A stretch of DNA of 64,000 nt from an uncultured bacterium (lineage in GTDB: Bacteria; Bacillota; Clostridia; Oscillospirales; Oscillospiraceae): assembly GCA_949293245.1 (NCBI GenBank), contig CASFCS010000002.1, positions 637 to 64,636 on the forward strand. Direction: 5' to 3'. Below the pieces are notes generated by a model that was not told the origin of the DNA, did not search any database, and was given only the letters and a program-made list of their open reading frames with translations. Positions 61,246 through 64,000 of this stretch are shown here, piece after piece. The stretch's first letter is position 1. Each line of letters opens with the position of its first letter. Made by a program: the position numbers and the translations under genes.

Positions 61246-62106
61246 TTATTTGGTGGGCATGTACTCCTTGGGCAGGTGGCCGAACTCCCGCTTGAAGGCC
61301 TTGAGAAAGTTGGAATAGTCGTTGAAGCCGCAGCCCAGGCAGGCGTCCATCACGCTCTGGCCCCCCCGGAGCATATTGCGGGCAATGGTCAGGCGCTTTT
61401 TCATAATGTACTGGTAGAGGGTCAGTCCGGTAAACTGCTTGAACTTGGCGTTGAAGTGGTACTTGCTCATATGGAAGGTCTGGGCCAGTCCCTCCACCGA
61501 CAGGTCCTCCGCCAGGTGGCCTTCGATGTACTCCAGCACCTGGTTGACCTGCTCGTTTTCCGTCACATCCCGGCGGATCTCCTCCGGTGTATCGAAATAG
61601 GCCCGGTTGAGGTACACCAGAAACTCCGTCACCGCCGCGTACTGGAGGGTCTGGCTGCCGAAGGTGTGCTCCTGCTGGAGGCGGACCATCCACCCGCACA
61701 GCCGCCGCAGCTGAGTGAGCAGCTCCCCGTCCGGGCGGATAAGCTTATAGCGCTTGGCCGCCGAATCCAGAAAACAGGCGGTCAGGTCGTCCCCCAGATC
61801 CTCCAGCCGGGTAAAGAAATCATGCTCCAGCCAGAGGACAAAGCGCTCGTAAGGCTTGCCCGGGCGCACCTCCGGCCGGTGGATATCCCGGTTGTTGGTG
61901 AGGAGGATGTCCCCCGGCCGCAGCTGATAGGACCGGCCCTCCACCGTGTAGGTCACGTCCCCTGAGAAGAAGAAAAAGATCTCGTAGAATTCGTGCTCGT
62001 GAAACTCCACCTCCGGAGGGAGCTGGTCCAAATAATGATGGTACTCATAAAAGCGGTGGTTCATAGTCTGGCGCAGTGTAAACTCATCATTGTGCATACT
62101 AGCCAA
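61246..62106 (-). CDS. AraC-family transcriptional regulator (cupin plus HTH)
   Basis: The N-terminal cupin is ...EFHEHEFYEIFFFFSGDVTYTVEG... The C-terminal AraC HTH is ...FHMSKYHFNAKFKQFTGLTLYQYIMKKRLTIARNML...GFNDYSNFLKAFKREFG. Confidence 0.9.
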   Translation of the reverse strand: MASMHNDEFTLRQTMNHRFYEYHHYLDQLPPEVEFHEHEFYEIFFFFSGDVTYTVEGRSYQLRPGDILLTNNRDIHRPEVRPGKPYERFVLWLEHDFFTRLEDLGDDLTACFLDSAAKRYKLIRPDGELLTQLRRLCGWMVRLQQEHTFGSQTLQYAAVTEFLVYLNRAYFDTPEEIRRDVTENEQVNQVLEYIEGHLAEDLSVEGLAQTFHMSKYHFNAKFKQFTGLTLYQYIMKKRLTIARNMLRGGQSVMDACLGCGFNDYSNFLKAFKREFGHLPKEYMPTK

Positions 62107-62274
62107 AAATCTCCCCCCTCTTTTTACCTATTCGGATTATACCGCTATTTTCACCAGATTTCAAGCAGGATATACCGTGCAGTCCTTTCCTAAATGGTGT
62201 ATACTAAACTCACAAACAAGGGAGGCGGCTCCCCGCTGTGGGACCCAGCGCGAACTTTTAAGGAGGTATGCTCA

Positions 62275-63678
62275 ATGAAAACGTTCATCACCGACGATTT
62301 CCTGCTCTCCACCGAACCCGCCCGCCGGCTGTACCACGACTACGCCGAGGCCATGCCCATTCTGGACTACCACTGCCACCTCAATCCCCGGGAGATCTAT
62401 GAGGACATCCGCATGGACAACCTGGCCCAGGCCTGGCTGGGGGGCGACCACTACAAGTGGCGCGTCATGCGGGCCTGCGGCGTGCCCGAGGAGAAGGTCA
62501 CCGGCGCCGCCCCCGCCCGGGAAAAGTTCGACGCCTTCGCCGCCGTGATGCCCCAGCTCATCGGCAACCCCATCTACCACTGGTCCCACCTGGAGCTGCT
62601 GCGTTTCTTCCAGGTGGACGAGCTCCTCTCCCCCGCCACCGCCGACGGCATCTGGGAGAAAGCCAACGCTGTGCTCCAGAGCGACAAGGGCACCTCCCGC
62701 GCCCTCATCACCAGCAGCAACGTGGCCGCCCTGTGCACCACCGACGACCCCGCCGACTCCCTGGAGTACCACAAGCTCCTGGCCGCCGACACCGGTTTTG
62801 CCACCAAGGTGCTGCCCACCTTCCGCCCGGACAAGGCCCTGCACATTGAAAACGACGGCTTTGCCGATTACCTCACCACCCTGGGCCAGGCCGCCGGGGT
62901 GACCATCTCCGACCTGGACAGCCTAAAGGCCGCCCTCTCCGCCCGGATGGACCACTTCGCCGGCGTGGGCTGCCGCCTGGCCGACATCTCCTTCGGCTCC
63001 CCCGACTTCACCGTGTGGGATCCCGACCTGGCCCAGAGCGCCCTGGCCAAGGTCCTCTCCGGCGGCGTGGCCGACGAGAAGGAGACCGCCGCCTACCAGT
63101 CCTATGTGATGGACTTTGTGGGCGGGGAGTTTGCCCGCCGGGGCTGGGTGATGCAGCTCCACCTGGGGGCCATCCGCAACCTGAACACCCCCCTGTTCCG
63201 CTCCCTGGGGGCCGACGTGGGCTGCGACTCCATCGGCGACCCCATCCCCGCCGCCTCCCTGGCCGCCATGCTGGACCGCCTGGCCACCCGGGACGCCCTG
63301 CCCCGCACCATTCTCTACACCCTCAACGCCGCCGACAGCGACAAGCTGGTGGCCGCCGCCGGGTGCTTCCAGAACGGCGGCACCGCCGGCAAGGTGCAGT
63401 TTGGCTCCGCCTGGTGGTTCAACGACCACTTTGAGGGCATGAACCTCCAGCTCAAGTCCCTGGCCAGCATCGGCGTGCTCAGCCGCTTTGTGGGTATGCT
63501 CACCGACTCCCGCTCCTTCCTGTCCTACCCCCGCCACGAGTACTTCCGGCGTATCCTGTGCCGCCTGCTGGGCCAGTGGGTTGACGAGGGCATGGCCCCC
63601 GCGGACTACGATCTGCTGGGCGGCATGGTGCAGGACATCTGCTACAACAACGTGGCCTCCTATCTGGGGCTGAAGTAA
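62275..63678 (+). CDS. uxaC: Glucuronate isomerase
   Basis: From ATG 62275 (SD AAGGAGG): MKTFITDDFLLSTEPARRLYHDYAEAMPILDYHCHLNPREI...GDHYKWRVMRA... Confidence 0.95.
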   Translation: MKTFITDDFLLSTEPARRLYHDYAEAMPILDYHCHLNPREIYEDIRMDNLAQAWLGGDHYKWRVMRACGVPEEKVTGAAPAREKFDAFAAVMPQLIGNPIYHWSHLELLRFFQVDELLSPATADGIWEKANAVLQSDKGTSRALITSSNVAALCTTDDPADSLEYHKLLAADTGFATKVLPTFRPDKALHIENDGFADYLTTLGQAAGVTISDLDSLKAALSARMDHFAGVGCRLADISFGSPDFTVWDPDLAQSALAKVLSGGVADEKETAAYQSYVMDFVGGEFARRGWVMQLHLGAIRNLNTPLFRSLGADVGCDSIGDPIPAASLAAMLDRLATRDALPRTILYTLNAADSDKLVAAAGCFQNGGTAGKVQFGSAWWFNDHFEGMNLQLKSLASIGVLSRFVGMLTDSRSFLSYPRHEYFRRILCRLLGQWVDEGMAPADYDLLGGMVQDICYNNVASYLGLK

Positions 63679-63744
63679 GCCTCCTCTCTCTTTGTCAATT
63701 TGGGGTGGAACCCCAGGAAATAAATGAAAAAGGAGACATGTACC

Positions 63745-64000
63745 ATGAAACTTTCTTTCCGCTGGTATGGCGAGTCCGATCCCATCAGCCTGGAGTACAT
63801 TAGCCAGATCCCCGGTATGCGCTCCATCGTCACCGCCGTGTACGATGTAAAGCCCGGCGAGGTGTGGCCCGAGGAGTCCCTGCAGCGCCTGAAGGACCAG
63901 TGCGAGGCCCACGGCCTGGTGTTTGACGTGGTGGAGTCCATCCCCGTCAGCGAGGACATCAAGCTGGGCACCGACAAGCGGGACGAGCACCTGGAGGTCT
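63745..64000 (+). CDS. uxuA: Mannonate dehydratase (5' part; continues beyond the window)
   Basis: [44 protein letters not shown]... SD AAAAAGGAGA. There is no stop in-window, so it is not in the ORF track. Confidence 0.9.
   Translation, partial: MKLSFRWYGESDPISLEYISQIPGMRSIVTAVYDVKPGEVWPEESLQRLKDQCEAHGLVFDVVESIPVSEDIKLGTDKRDEHLEV

Noticed and set aside
1-64000. CRISPR arrays, tRNA/rRNA genes, transposases, integrases, phage genes, known defence-system genes
   Set aside because: Reading both strands, I found no regularly spaced direct repeats, no tRNA-like T-arm/acceptor pattern, and no recombinase or phage-like translation. Absence was judged by eye only; tRNAscan, Infernal and a defence-system HMM scan would be the proper test.

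Overview
GC-rich chromosomal segment with strongly G/C-biased third codon positions. SLH-anchored wall proteins, a T-box leader, a PTS, ECF S-components and strong GGAGG-type ribosome-binding sites point to a Gram-positive anaerobe of the Clostridia type. I support about 55 protein genes. Most are housekeeping: guaA, carAB, nrdR, upp, tsaBE and a SEDS protein; a selD-yedF-DUF3343 selenium module; a fruR-fruK-fruA-ptsH-ptsI block; FMN riboswitch plus ribU; a TPP-riboswitch-controlled thiW-thiM-thiE-HAD-thiD-thiC operon; a T-box(Trp)-controlled trpXYZ-type ABC importer; pcrA; and uxaC/uxuA. I found no rRNA, tRNA, CRISPR array, transposase or integrase. The many long ORFs on the opposite strand of real genes are high-GC artefacts. 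The most unusual locus is 37.1-50.1 kb. It holds a roughly 3,414-aa secreted, SLH-anchored giant protein preceded by a pseudo-receiver gene. An AgrC-like kinase / LytTR regulator pair is transcribed divergently from it, across a 186-bp region holding two perfect 12-bp direct repeats. Other points worth a second look:
- a promoter-plus-terminator unit with no ORF (candidate sRNA) at 36.94-37.15 kb
- a rearranged second TPP-riboswitch-like element in the thiW leader
- an unannotated 44-codon hydrophilic ORF between nrdR and upp
- a SARP/BTAD regulator fused to a degenerate GGDEF domain
- an HxxxD acyltransferase paired with a zinc-ribbon membrane protein
- a BlaR1-type protease with a non-PBP sensor domain
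- a clean 12-codon gap in a normally invariant loop of guaA
All function calls come from reading the translations against remembered family motifs. No database search was run.
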